From the NCBI RefSeq assembly GCF_006345805.1, contig NC_043002.1:14570001-14634000 (forward strand): a stretch of 64,000 bases of DNA. The letters are read 5' to 3'. Positions 50,741 through 64,000 of this stretch are shown here, one piece after another (position 1 is the first letter of the stretch; every line of letters starts with the position of its first letter). The notes below the pieces were generated by a model. That model made no database searches. It saw only the letters and a program-made list of their open reading frames with translations, and was not told the origin of the DNA. A program made the translations under genes and the position numbers. The stretch is from Octopus sinensis. Taxonomy: Eukaryota.

Positions 50741-53700
50741 TCTCGGGGACTTTAGTATACTAAAATATATTGGTGTACTAGTGGAAGTCATATGTTTTTT
50801 CGCTTTTCTAATGTACCACTAAGTATGTCACCATCAATAATTGGTTTTATCATGAATCATAGCGCATTGCCCTTCTTTAATCAATATACATTAGTTTGTA
50901 TCTCAGATATTCCTAACATGTCTTAGAATGTGAGATTGTCTAAATTATGCTGCATAACATTATTGCATACAGTACAGTGATTTGAAATGGCATTCTTATT
51001 TTCTCTAATAAAAAGTAAGTTAAAAATGAGATATTATTTTCTATTTCTGTTTTAATGGGATACCGGGAGATTACCTTGAAATGTAGCAAATTTATGTAAA
51101 ATCTCTGAAACACCTGGTGATATCAGTAGAAAATAAACTAATCTCAGATTAAAGCGAGTAATTGGCAGATTCGAAAGAGTGTTCTATAGCATAAATTGAT
51201 GTATTTTTCTCTGTCACTTCGCAGTACGTTCAAATGCAACCTAGCTGAAATCTGCTTTTCTTTTTTTTTCAAATTTACCTACATAAAAAGTGTCATATAT
51301 GGCAGTCCTGCTGGGATTCCGAAAGTAAACGTAATACAAGAGGTCTTAACGTAAAACAAGAGGTCATGTTCAGGCTTTGTGAAGTCAGAGAGTAACTCTT
51401 ATGACACTGAAGCTAATATGTATTAGTCACAATCTATGGCCTTTCTCACCATACCAATCTCAGTTACATCTTGAGAGAAAAGTCTCATGCATGGACAACT
51501 GGCAGTGTTCCAAAACATGCTTGTCGGGGTTTGCTCACACTAGTCTCACACTAGTCTCTGTAAATACTCAACTTTCACCTACAGAGGTACCAAAAATGTT
51601 TACCATAAACACTCAAATACGGTTGTTATTTACAGAACACACCACAACCGCCACCACGCTCGGATATTTATCACACAATTATACTGCTTGTGCGGCGCGA
51701 AATGAGGTCCAACATGCATCGGGATCCTTATATCTTATAGTTATTATTGGAACAAAAAAACGTCTTTCAATCGTTATTCAGTCACTACAATGTCATAATC
51801 AAGATACCCAGGTGGACAGTATGCTTTAGACCCCGCACACGCATAAAACATCCAGCCAATGAAACAGTAACAATAGATAAATTAACACTTTGCCATCCAC
51901 ATCCATGCACGCGAGCGCAACACACACACATGCACACAGGCACACACTCACATTCACACATTCTTCTTAATGCACACTCACAAAACCAACTGCACTACAC
52001 AAACATACATCCACGTACATATACAAGCTCTCACACATACGTACCAGAAATCACATATGCATGAATAGAGACTTTTCTACACAGGGACACACAGAGACTT
52101 CTTTTGGATATCCCTCTCGCAAAGTTTCGCACTAACATCCGTAAGAACTCGAAACTTTCGAACCTAAATATTATACACAGGCACACGTGAAAGTCATCTA
52201 GCGTAGAGATACAATAACTTTTAACGGGGACGAAAGAATTTTGATAATCCGATCCGATCGAGAGTTTAAGCAAGCATTCGATTAATTGGTAGGTTAAATT
52301 CTTAACAAAGAACGAATATAAAAGTGGTGAAATAAAGCAAGCGAATGCATGTGTATATTATAGGCAGAAGGACCCTCCTGAGATACAAAAAATCGTCAAA
52401 CATTGATTTATTATAATCGGCTTTCGCTTAAATATACATAGATAAGGATTTATAATAGAATATAACTTATTCAGCTGACAGGTTGGCAGAAAGGTTAAGA
52501 TTTTAGAAACAGGAATTTCGTTATTTAACAATGGTATCTCTGTGGGGTCGGCACATTTTTATAACAATGTTACAGTCAGTATACCATTGAAACAATTACG
52601 TAATATATTAAGCGCAAACATTAAGTAAATATTAATTCAGTTGTCAAAATATTTTAATTTATTTGTCATTTATTCTGAATATTCTAAGAAGTAAAGCTCC
52701 TATCTCATTTGAGCGGTAGACCAAACACCGATATTGTTTATATTTGCTAAATTTGCCTGTTACTCTGTTTTGATAGTATCTGACCCTCATATACGAGTTA
52801 ATAAAACATTCCATAACTATAATTCATTCGATATATTTGCAGAGATGATTTATATCTAGGAAAACACTGAGTATTTGAAAGTAATTTTGCTGTGGTTACT
52901 ACGCCTGTTCTGTGATGTGAATTGCCATCACTCTAATCTGCATTCCAATACACCAGGGCATCTGAATATATAATGTCCGATTACATGCGTATTTTGATTA
53001 TACAAATATTTCATGACAATGAAATATAAAACCTCATGAGATTAGTTGAGAAAACAAAACAGTTAGTTGATTGATACTTATTGATGTGCTTAAAATCGAT
53101 AATTCCTTTAAAATCGATAAGTCCACTTGTTTGCCATTTAAGTAACATATACAGACACATCAACAAAAATTGGAAGAGAAAACATACAACAAATCAATAT
53201 ATATATATTTATAGAGTTTTCTTCTCTTCTACTTATGTTGCCCAATTGACCTTTAGTTTTGTTTTCTCTCACATTCTAGCTTTAATTAGTGAAATAAAGT
53301 CTGATAATCCACAGACTTTGCTTCTTTTATTTACTTTGTAACTTGAGAAATTATACATAAAACTTCTTTCTTAAGTAGCAGACATAATTGAACAATGAAT
53401 CTGTTTATCAATTTACGACTTTTTTCTCTTCCTGCAGAATGAGAATAATCTAATTTTATTAAACATGAAAACATCACTTCATCAATTATTTTTTTCCTTC
53501 CTTGAACAAGGAATGCGTACAGTTAACTAGGTCTACATCTAATTCGATTAGTATGGAAAAAGAAATATTTGAATTGTGTGCCAAAATTGTGCTAAACCAG
53601 ATCTTCGTTTACCATATTCTTTCTTGTTATCTATTCTGGTAGACGCCAAATAATATTTTCTGTTACTTTACTTTATCTATGACGCATCATGTGCACATAT

Positions 53701-54249
53701 ATGAAGCGAGAAGTTTAAGGTGATTATATTTATAAGTTATTTCAGTTGAAATTACTGGAAATGGTAGACTATTTGAAGGCCGTGGTTTATATACTAATAT
53801 TTTGTATTTTCTCAGATTGTTGTAAATTTTGTGTTGTCTTTCACGTTAGATAATTGAAAGGGAACGCAAATGATTCATGAAACGAAGCAATAAAATATAT
53901 AATACAGAACAATAATAAACAAAACAAACGCAAAACACTATAAAATAATCTGCAATAACAATACTAACAAGGCCTCCTCTTCAGCTCTGTTAACTTGCAA
54001 CAAATAGCATACAACTTACCTTTATATCGCATCCTGCATGCAAAAATCGATAGCATACACGCCTCGAATTCCACTAGAGACTATTCTGATCTCACATAGC
54101 AAGTACGTAAATTGAATAATTACCTTTACATGCAATTGTCTATGCATCCATGGGCATATAAATAATGTCTACCCGACACACTCATGACGTATAGGTCATC
54201 GCCCGTGACAACAAGGACCGTGTTACCCAATGGGGAACCACACTAAGGA

Positions 54250-57200
54250 CGAAATGTCTGTGCTAGAATAAACTCAACTAACAATCTACGAGAACCAGGA
54301 TAACCCTAAACCCTAGTTCTGTAGTGAAACCACTATAAACATCACATAAAGCAAAATACATAAATTAGACTAGGGAGGACTATAGAGATGTGTTTATAGC
54401 TTTCTATACAATCTGAATAAACTCAAACAACAACCTCATTGTACAAACATACATTTTATGGAGAAACGAAGTACGCAGATATACAGATGTAAATTATGTA
54501 ATGTACATAGAGACATTATTAAGAATAAACGTTTAATTGATGCTGAAATTGGTCAATTTAGGACACAAATATCTCATGGAAGACCAAATTAAAGTAGCAA
54601 TAGGTAACAACTGCACAGAACCCTGCGTAGGAGAAGTACATTCCAGCGAGAAAATTGAAGAAAGTATAGCAAAGAACAGATATGTGGTATGAGAAGAGAA
54701 AGGAAACCTATCTCAAGAACAACAGGATAGATATGAAACAGAATTTGCGGTGAATAATAAAGAGAAGATCATAGAAGCAAAAGACGATATGAGAGACGTC
54801 AGCAAGAATGAGGCTAAGGACATGATCAATAGAGTGCCGCTACCAAAGTTCTCAAACAGCATAAAAATCAACAACATAATCATGATATGTAATGATGTCC
54901 TTAAACATCTTAAGGAATAAGGGTAATAACCTAATAATCTAACAACCTGCACAAGTTGCAACTGCTCAACTAAGTATCAGGACGACATGGAAAAGGACCA
55001 ACCATGTCAACAGACAGATGAGCAAAGGCAATCTGCAGCAATAGGAGAACGATAACGACTCCATTTGGAACCTTAAAATATTTGGTCGGTGAAATTTGAA
55101 CCAAGAAATGAAAAATGTGAATGAAATTCTGAAATATATCAGAACAAAAACATCTCAGAAACAAAATAATTTGATCAATGCAGCACGTATTTTTGTAGCA
55201 GAAAATGTATGTTTATTTCAAGGAAAATAACTATAATGGAGTGACAAAAGAAAAGATCCATGGTGGAAAAGAAGAATACAGATGGAGTTAGACACGCTCT
55301 TGAAGGATATTTCTGTGTTAGACCAAAAAGAGAAGGGAGAGCTTAAAAGCAAATAAAAATACAAGGTACTGAACAGACAGTATGCTATTGAAAGAATTAA
55401 CCTGCTAGTTATAATAGGGGAGCGGAAACAGCGCATCGTTGCAAAGAAAGCAAAGATGATACGATACGACTAAAGAATGAAGAGATACCAGCGGAATAGT
55501 TTATTCAGAGTAGATTAGAAGATATTCTATAAAGAAATAAATGGAAAGTGTACAGATGAAAATTTGATATCAGATATTGAAAGTCAAAGGTTTTGGAGTG
55601 ACATATGGGGCAAAGATAATGAGCACAAGAAGGATGCTGAATGGTTGCAAGTACTGAAACAAACAGTAGTGTATACAATACAAGCATAACTATTCATTTC
55701 AGTTAGAGAAGGGAAGGAAATCAGCAAAGAATGGGTAACTGGAAGACCCCAGGACCAGATGGTGTTCAATGCTACTAAGTCAAAAGATTTGGTGAATGCC
55801 ATGCACGAATAGCTGCGTAACATAACATTTTGTTAAATGCCGACCAACTAACACCAGAGTGGTTGACAATTCGTAGAACAGTGGTATGCTTGAAAAATAT
55901 CGATAAAGGCAATACAGTAGACAATTACAGGCCGATATCCTGCTTGCCCCTTGTGTGGAAATTATTGACTAGAGTAATTGCAGAGTCAATCAACGGACAA
56001 ATGGAAAACAAATAGAGTCTTGCCACATGAGCAGAAGGTTTGCAAGTGTAAGTGCAGAGTTACCAAGGAGGAACTCCTGGTAGACAAAACTGTAGTTAGA
56101 GATGCAAGAGGACGAAAATAACTTAGGTATGTCATGGATCGATTATCGTAAGGCATACGATATAATCCCACACTCTTGGATTATGGAAAGTGTGAACCAA
56201 TTTGGTATTGCATCGAATTTTGAGCGATTGCTTGGAAAAGTATGGCGAAGTGGAGGACGGAACTGACAGCATATGGAAGAAGTTTAGGGACAATAGATAT
56301 CAGGAGAGACATCTTCCAGGGGAACTGCCTGTCCCCACTGATCTTGGTATTGTGCATCATACACTAACACTGATTCTGAGGGAAGCAAATGTTGGGTATG
56401 TATTCAAAAGCCGTCGACAAAAATGTTAACCATATATTATTCATGGATGAACTCAATCTTTATGGTAATGATGAATTCCAAGTTAGTTTCGTCGTTGATA
56501 TTGTGTATACTTTCAGTGCAGATATCAGATTGGTGTTAGGACTGAAAAAGTGTGGTGTGTTAGTCTTGAAGAGGGACAAAATCAAATGCATGGACGGGCT
56601 GGCGATATCGGCTGGGGAGGTTATGAAGAAGATAGAAGAGACAGGCTAAAAGTACTTGGGTGGGGGGGGGAATGGATAAAATAGTGGAGAAAGAAACGAC
56701 AGAAAAATTTAAGTTGGAGTAATTGTGCAGTCTGAGACTGATCCTTAAGTCAAAATTAAACGGACGGAATAAGAGTGAAACTATCAACACTTGGGCGGTT
56801 TCACTTTTTAGATAGATATCGAGCAGGAGTAATCACATAGTGAGTAGACGAACTAAATAGCTTAGACAGAAGGACAAGGATGTTGCTGACTAGATATGGC
56901 ATACTGCACCCAAAAAGTGATACTGACAGACAGTATGTATCAAGAAAAAGAAGAGGAAGACGACTGATTGGATGCGATGACAGCATTAGAGAAGAATAAA
57001 AGAACATAGTACGGTATGTAAAAATGCCACAGAACCGCTATTATTAGAAGAGCAGGCTTGTGTAGGATGGAAGATTGCAAAGACAAAGCACTGTACAGGC
57101 ACTTGAGAATGAATGAAACTGAAAATAGGTGGATAAAGAAACGCATGCATGGATGATTTCACATTGAAGTTGAAGATAAGACAGGCAGAGAAAAAAGATG

Positions 57201-57862
57201 GCTATGGATGATTAAAAATAACTTAAAACCGGAAACGGAGGTTCTAATCTCTGCTGCTCAAGAGCAATCATTAAGTACCAATTGCATCAAATACCGAATA
57301 GACAACATATCAGAAACTGATGTGCAGAATTTGTGGAGAAAATTGTGAAACCAGTGAATGTACGTCACTAACCCAGAAAGAAAATAAGAGGCGTCGTGAC
57401 AACATAGCAAGGATTGTCGATTAGACGATTTGCAACAGGTATGGACTTGTGGACTTGACAGACATAAAGTGGAACGAACATAAACGCGAAGGCTGTAAAG
57501 ATCCTATGGGGTTTTATGATTTAGTGCGACCATGAGATAGAGAATAGGAAACCAAACAGAGTGTTAATTGAGAAAGAAAGCAAACGATGCTTGTTCTTTG
57601 ATATAGCATGCCCAGCTGACAACAAGGTATGCGATTAAGAAGAGAGAAAATTCAATAGATATGACAGGTTAGCTTGGGAGGTTAAGCGGCTGTGGCCGCT
57701 AAAAGTGGTGGTAGCAGTACCAATGATATTCGGAGCCCTGGGGACAGTGAATAAAAGTACATTGAACAAATAGGGGCTGCAATAAGTGCAGAACACTAGT
57801 AGAAAACAGCACTGGGTGTTATTTTACCTCCACCTGTGAAAAGATAATAAAATAATAATAAT
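54250..57862 (+). mobile_element. Near full-length, heavily decayed R4/Dong-clade non-LTR retrotransposon
   Basis: TREDYRDVF and DIIKNKRLIDAEI (N-terminus); FWSDIWG; NYRPISCLPLVWKLLT; WIDYRKAYD (~56135-56161); ILFMDELNLY; LISAAQEQSL; CRICGE (57323-57340); RKPNRVLIEKESKRCLFFDIACPAD; PMIFGALG; ends in a TAA-like tail. Confidence 0.92.
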
Positions 57863-57904
57863 ACCAACAACAGCAACCAGAAGAACAAGAACAGCAGCAG
57901 CAGA

Positions 57905-57905
57905 A

Positions 57906-57986
<81 letters not shown>

Positions 57987-57990
57987 GCTG
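57905..57990. repeat. (CTA)n-(CTG)n compound microsatellite
   Basis: Direct reading. Confidence 0.95.
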
Positions 57991-58007
57991 CTACTGCTGC
58001 AGTTGCT

Positions 58008-58374
58008 GTTGAGCGAACGGTCTTCGTCTCAGACCTCGCAGGATGGGAGAAGTCCGAAACGAGGTCCTTTGCTATTCGTAAGACTCGCAGAAGAGAAAGC
58101 AGGTCAACCCCCGACACCGAGAGCATCGACGGATGATTGAATGCGCATACAGGCTCAGAGGTTGCGTAGGAAGTCGGGGACAAGAAACAGGAAAAAAAAG
58201 TGAGAGAAAGTTGGGGTGAAAGAGTACAACAGGGGTCGCCACCACAACCTGCCAGAGCCTCGTGGAGCTTTAGGTGTTTTCGCTCAATAAACATACACAA
58301 CGCCCGGTCTGGGAATCGAAACCGTGATCCTCTGACCGCGAGTCCGCTGATCTAACCACTGGGCCATTGCGCCT

Positions 58375-58377
<3 letters not shown>
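58008..58377 (-). mobile_element. SINE family 2, flanked by (CTA)n on both sides
   Basis: Minus-strand head ggaggcgcaatggcccagtggttag...ggtttcgattccc; (CTA)n also at 58378-58422. Confidence 0.88.
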
Positions 58378-58423
<46 letters not shown>

Positions 58424-59186
58424 AGTAATAAAAATGTTCCTAAATATCGCATGCGAACTATTTCACATATATTAGTAACAACAGGCAGTCACAATTGTCT
58501 AGTGGATATAGTCGCCACCGCTATTACTTTAGTCATGACAACCCTAATGGAAGCATAACTTGGTAGGAGATCATGGTGAATGTAAAAATTACTATAAAAT
58601 TTATCATCACCTGTATTATAGCTAAAACGGACGAATACTAGCATACACTTTATGAGAGTATAATTATCGTCAAATATAATAACTTGGACACCTGTAGAAT
58701 ATTAATATCAATAATTGCAAAATATATTTTCACAACTAAGCCACCTAAACTCATAATTTTGGTCATATCAGTAACTCATAATTTTAGACGCAGCAGTAAC
58801 TGTCATGCTAAATATACTGACCACAAAACTGCTAGGTGTTAAAAACACCTCAGAGCCATCGGACAGTCTAAAGTGATGTATTTCGCCTGTCCATGAATCT
58901 GAGGTCATTTTAACACCCCGCATTTTGAGAGTGTATATACTTCGCCACGATGTTGAAATTACGGGAAAATATACATTCATATACATTGAGTATATGTGGT
59001 TAATAATAATTAATATACAAGTGTTCCTATATTTTCATATATATATGTTTGCGTGTGTATGAGTGTATATGTATATATATATATATGTATATATAAACAC
59101 ATATATATATATATAATATATATATATATAGACACACACACACACACACACACGCACACAAGCACATACACACACATTATATATAT

Positions 59187-59219
<33 letters not shown>

Positions 59220-59376
59220 GTAATATATAAATTAAATAAGGGTAGAAAGTGATATTAATTAAAAGCAGTGGCTTAGCATATTAAAAAACCCGAAGATTAA
59301 TAATTTTGTATATATATATATATATATACATCCACACACATCCATACATACATGCATATATATATATATTATATAT

Positions 59377-59436
<60 letters not shown>

Positions 59437-59579
59437 CACACGCATACATGCATACATGCATATATATATAAGTATATCGCTATTTATCTGTATAATGGGT
59501 GTACTGAAATTTTCCTGTCTTCTAATATATCGCATAAAGCCTGGCTGGAGATCCAAACTTCCAAATTCTTTCATAGAGC

Positions 59580-59711
59580 ATAGAAAAATTGAAGGACCAC
59601 TGCAATCAATGTGTGAATCTTGGAGGGGAATATGTTGAATAAAATCATAATTAACTGATCCTTCTGTATTTTCTTTTACCTAAAGCCAAGAACGTTTCGA
59701 CAAGCATCGTA
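59580..59711 (+). mobile_element. 3' end of a mariner element
   Basis: EKLKDHCNQCVNLGGEYVE* (59583-59642), then a short UTR ending at TA. Confidence 0.75.
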
Positions 59712-59918
59712 TAGTTATGAATTTATATCTATCTTTGCATCAATCTCTCTTTCTCTCTCTCTCTCTCCATACACACACACAACCCCCCCCATATATATAT
59801 ATATATTATATATATATATATATCTGTTCCTTTCTATCATTCGATCTGTCTCTAGTCAAGGATTTCACTGCTATTTCGGCATGGTGGTATCTCTCAGACA
59901 CCCTTATTTATAGGTATA

Positions 59919-60316
59919 CTCTTTTACTTGTTTCAGTCATTTTACTGCGGACCTGCTGGAGCACCGCCTTTAGTCGAGTAACTCGACCCCAGAACTTATT
60001 CTTTTGTAAGCCCAGGACTTATTCTATCGGTCTCTTTTGCCGAACCGCTAAGTAACGGGGACATAAACACACCAGCATTGGTTGTCAAGCAATGCTAGGG
60101 GGACAAACACACTCACACAAACACACGCACGCATAGATATATATACATATATAAGACGGGCTTCTTTCAGTTTCCGTCTACCAAATCCACTCACAAGGCT
60201 TTGGTCGGCCCGAGTCTATAGTAGAAGACACCTGCCCAAGGTGCCACGCAGTGGGACTGAACCCGGAACCATGTGGTTGGTAAACAAGCTACTTACCACA
60301 CAGCCTCTCCTGCGCC
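59919..60316 (-). mobile_element. Full-length SINE family 1
   Basis: Collinear with the 3055-3436 copy from head to tail. Confidence 0.92.
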
Positions 60317-61739
60317 TATATATATATATATATATATATACACACTTTTATACACAGATATATATATATAAATACTTACATTGATATGTTTTTGAGTGTG
60401 TCTGGGCTTGAGCGTGAGTTTGTGTGTGTGTATGTGTGTATGTGTATGTGTGTATGTGTGTATGTGTGTGTGTGTATGTGTGTGTGTGCTTACATTTATG
60501 TATACATTCATTCTTTTATTTGCTCCGAATATACGTTTTACACGCAAATTAAAACATTCATCTATTCATATAAAATTTAGATTTGTATTCACGGTATTGC
60601 TAATATGTATATACATAGAACTGTTTTCACTCCGCATACAATCACATTCTCACAATCACTATACAAAAAGGTCTGACGTATGCATGTACAGACGAAAACA
60701 TATGTACTGGTCGACACACACACACATACACATATATATATATTAACATATACTATTATGTGTATATACAAGTATATATTTATAACTATTTTTGTGAAAG
60801 TTTGTGTATATTTATACATGTTTACACAATGTTATTTACTTGATGTTCAGCACAACGGAAGTAAAGTCGATAAGGAAACAATATGGAGATTCAAAGTAAC
60901 TAGAAAAACGTGTCAGAGTTGTAAAAGTAAGTATTTATACCTTTTGTATTAATCAATCAATATTTTTCAATAAATCTTCATGTCCAACGGAGAACAATAC
61001 ATCATACAAGAAAATTACCCACAACTGAAATAAGTTGAGAGTGAAATTTCATAGCTTTAATGTCTCACATTGACAAGGAATGTCATTGAAATTTCCTGGC
61101 ATTAATTGAAAACATTCCGGCAAATATTAGTTAAAAGGAAATATTGAAAGCACACGTGTATAGATTTAGAGGTTAAATGCAAATAGCAATTATATCAACA
61201 ACTAATATAAAATTTGGTTAAAATGTGTCTGTTATATCGTTAAAACTTCACGTAAGTGAACGATAAAACAACAGAGGTAGAAAAATGTATCTTAAATTCT
61301 ATTCATTCCATTATATAATTTCGAAACATTGTTATAACTGTGAAACAATAGATTTCGAAGGACCGACCAGTGATTAATAAACACAGAGTTGATTTTTGAA
61401 ATTTTATTAACACTCAACAATGGAAAATACTTAAAATAAATATACCTTAAGTGCTAATTACGATTAAGAAGAAATCAGTTTACACATGAAAGTTTTGGTT
61501 TTATTTTCAATATATAAATACAAATAATTAATGAAAGTACATTACCTTCATTGGTATGTTATTTTATATATTGGAAGTTGAGGATTTTGCCTATTTATAA
61601 TTCATAACCACCGCCTTTAGCAATATCCGATTGTCAGGTACCATGAAAGTACTTGGGGTATACAGAAGAAACCTATCTATAGCAAACGCGCAAAATTGTT
61701 ACGAGTATGCACTGGGAAGTGTTAAAGTAATCTTCCCGA

Positions 61740-61932
61740 TTCATAAGGACTGATAAGGGCTGGTTTTCCAGCGTATATATATCCCTAGCCCTAAACGGGA
61801 CGCCGGTCCATCGCAGAATTACTCATTCTTGCTAGCTGAGTGGTATGAAGCAACGTGAAACCCGTTCAGGAATCGAAACCTCAATCTTACGATCATGAGT
61901 CCAGCATCCTATATACTAAGCCATGTGCCGCC
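61740..61932 (-). mobile_element. Diverged, deleted SINE related to 39374-39613
   Basis: gggacgccggtccatcgcag core and gaatcgaaacc B-box complement. Confidence 0.7.
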
Positions 61933-62084
61933 GCTGTCAAGAGTTTAATAATCACTTAGAAATGTGATTAATGAAAATAAAGTTTGATTAGCAGCATTAC
62001 ATGTTCTGTAGATAATCTGCTCTCATTTTAGTTTCACATTTTGTCAAAGGGCCAGTAATTGCGTGGTATAGAAGTAAGTCTCTG

Positions 62085-62423
62085 ACATCGAAACCAGTGC
62101 TCAGCTGGTATATTTTTTAACACCGAAAAGATTAAATGCAAACGTTTGACCTCGGCTGAGTTTGAACTCACAACGTAAAGACGAACGAAATGCCTATTTC
62201 TTTATTGCCCACAAGGGGCTAAACACAGAGCGGACAAACAAGGACAGACATAGGTATTAAGTCGATTACATCGACCCCAGTGCGTAACTGGTACTTAATT
62301 TATCGACCCCGAAAGGATGAAAGGCAAAATCGACCTCGGTGGAATTTGAACTCACAACGTAACGCAGATGAAATGCCGCTAAGCAATTTGCCCAGCGTGC
62401 TAACGATTCTGCCAGTTCCCCTC
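62085..62423 (-). mobile_element. SINE family 3 dimer
   Basis: Two gacctcgg...tttgaactcacaacgtaa units separated by the tatttctttattgcccacaagggg tail. Confidence 0.85.
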
Positions 62424-62869
62424 TTTTATTCGTAACCCCCACATTTTTGTCATTGGTCAAGTTTAAAATATACATTCGTAAGTTACGGATGACAGATATT
62501 GAAGATTAATATTCAAGTGTGATCTTACTGGCAATAACACCCTATAAGTTCCTGCTTTATCGCTTAGTATATTATAGTCACTCAGAAATTGGAATCCTTA
62601 TTTCTCACATTTTGCTCATAGTAAAGAGTTGATAAAACTATCTAATCTTTTTAACTGAACTAATGAGTGAATGTCTACGTGAATTTGAAATCTACTAACC
62701 TCTACTTCTATATTCAACGATCTCTTCAAACATTTTATAGAGAATATCAATTCAATTTCCTGCAAAAATGTAACAGTCCAACCTTACATCGTCTAACATT
62801 ATCTATATTTTTTTCATCACACACATTCTATCTCAAGAATGAAGGCTATTAGACAATTATTTTCCTTAT

Positions 62870-63492
62870 TCTTTTTTAGACTAGTTACAAAGCCCGAAAC
62901 TTTTGGGAAGGGGAAGGGCAGTCGATTAGATCGCCCGAAGTATGCAACTGGTACTTAATTTATCAATTTCGAAAGGATGAAAGGCAAGGTCAACCTCGGC
63001 CGAATTTGAACTCAGAATGTAAAGGCAGACAAAATACCGCTAAGCATTTCGCCCAGCATGCTAACGTTTCTTATTTCTTTATTACCCACAAGGGTCTAAA
63101 TATTGAGGGGACAAACATGGACAGACAAACGGATTAAATCGACTACATCGACACCGAAAGTGTGAAAGGCAAAGTAGACCTCGGCGGAATTTGAATTCAG
63201 AACGCAGTGGCGGACGAAATGCTACAAAGCATTTCGCCCGGCGTGCTAACGTTTCTTATTTATTTATTGCCCAAAAGGGGGCAAAAAACATAGAGGGGAC
63301 AAACAAGGACAGACAAAGAGATTAAGTCGATTAAGTTGACCCCAGTGAGTAACTAGTACTTAATTTCTCGACCCCGAAAAGATGAAAGGCAAAGTCGACC
63401 TTGGCGGAATTTCAACTCAGAACGTAAAGACAGACGAAATAACGCTAAGCATTTCGCCCAGTGTGCTAACGTTCCTACCGGATCGCCGCCTT
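62870..63492 (-). mobile_element. SINE family 3 trimer (~200-bp units)
   Basis: Three gaaaggcaa(a/g)gt..acct(c/t)ggc.gaattt.aa.tcagaa...gcatttcgccc.g..tgctaacgtt units. Confidence 0.88.
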
Positions 63493-64000
63493 AATCATTT
63501 CCCTTATTATAAACAGAATCTAGGCCTCAAGCTGGACGAAATTTTTGTAGCTTTTCTTCCAGCGTTACGTTCTGAGATCAAATTCTACTGCTGTCAACGT
63601 TGCCGTTCATCTATTCCGGTTCGGTGAAGTAAGTAACATTTGAATACAGAGACCGATGTAATCAGCTATTTGCTCCCCTAAATATCAGTCCCTGTGTCCA
63701 TAGTAGAAAGAAGTAGGCAAACTGAGAAATCGTTATCACCTCGGACAAAATGCTTCGACTTTCCCCTTCATAGGCACCAGTTTAGCACTGGTGTGGATAC
63801 TATTAACTTGCCTTTCCCCCAAATTTCGGACCTTGTGCCCAGGTTAGAAAGGATGATATACAAAACCTTTTCCTAAATTATCACACATTTTTGATGTGAA
63901 ATGTTCTCCTATAAATATTTATTGTTTTCTTGTAAACACCGTCTCAAACTACTGACCGTATTATTTTTCAATCCATCGAACGTTCTGCAAGTAGACCGTC

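Noticed and set aside
54170-54260. HDV-like ribozyme at the 5' end of the R4/Dong element
   Set aside because: A P3/L3-like hairpin is present but no P1 partner or J4/2 could be placed.
54300-54317. Telomere-like aaccctaaaccctag
   Set aside because: Only two imperfect units, inside a retroelement; expected by chance.
58290-58377. tRNA-like sequences with A and B boxes (also 26931, 46805, 39613)
   Set aside because: They run into SINE bodies and lack a complete cloverleaf and terminator, so they are SINE heads rather than tRNA genes.

Overview
This is AT-rich, repeat-dense eukaryotic non-genic DNA. Its SINE, LINE and transposon repertoire and abundant (TA)n/(CA)n/(GATA)n microsatellites are consistent with an octopod cephalopod genome (inference from repeat families, not verified). 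No host protein-coding gene, tRNA/rRNA gene or CRISPR array is supported, and most ORFs in the supplied track are microsatellite read-throughs. The window holds many tRNA-derived SINEs and two Penelope-like elements (PLEs). It also holds CR1/L2-type LINE fragments (one with a largely intact RT), a near full-length decayed R4/Dong-clade retroelement plus a 3' fragment inside (TAA)n, Tc1/mariner relics, a MITE and a non-autonomous Helitron. Three observations stand out. (1) A very young 5'-truncated PLE at 33556-35682 has a GIY-YIG remnant missed by the ORF track, sitting between ~710-bp inverted pseudo-LTRs that each carry a canonical minimal type-I hammerhead ribozyme. (2) A motif at 47779-47839 (minus strand) contains the hammerhead core and all three stems in a linear order matching none of types I/II/III, making it a candidate pseudoknotted or trans-assembling hammerhead. 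(3) A spacerless ~740-bp fold-back palindrome at 3882-4623 captures a transposon end. Single-base indels in homopolymers and microsatellites suggest residual long-read errors, so some frameshifts and duplications may be artefacts.
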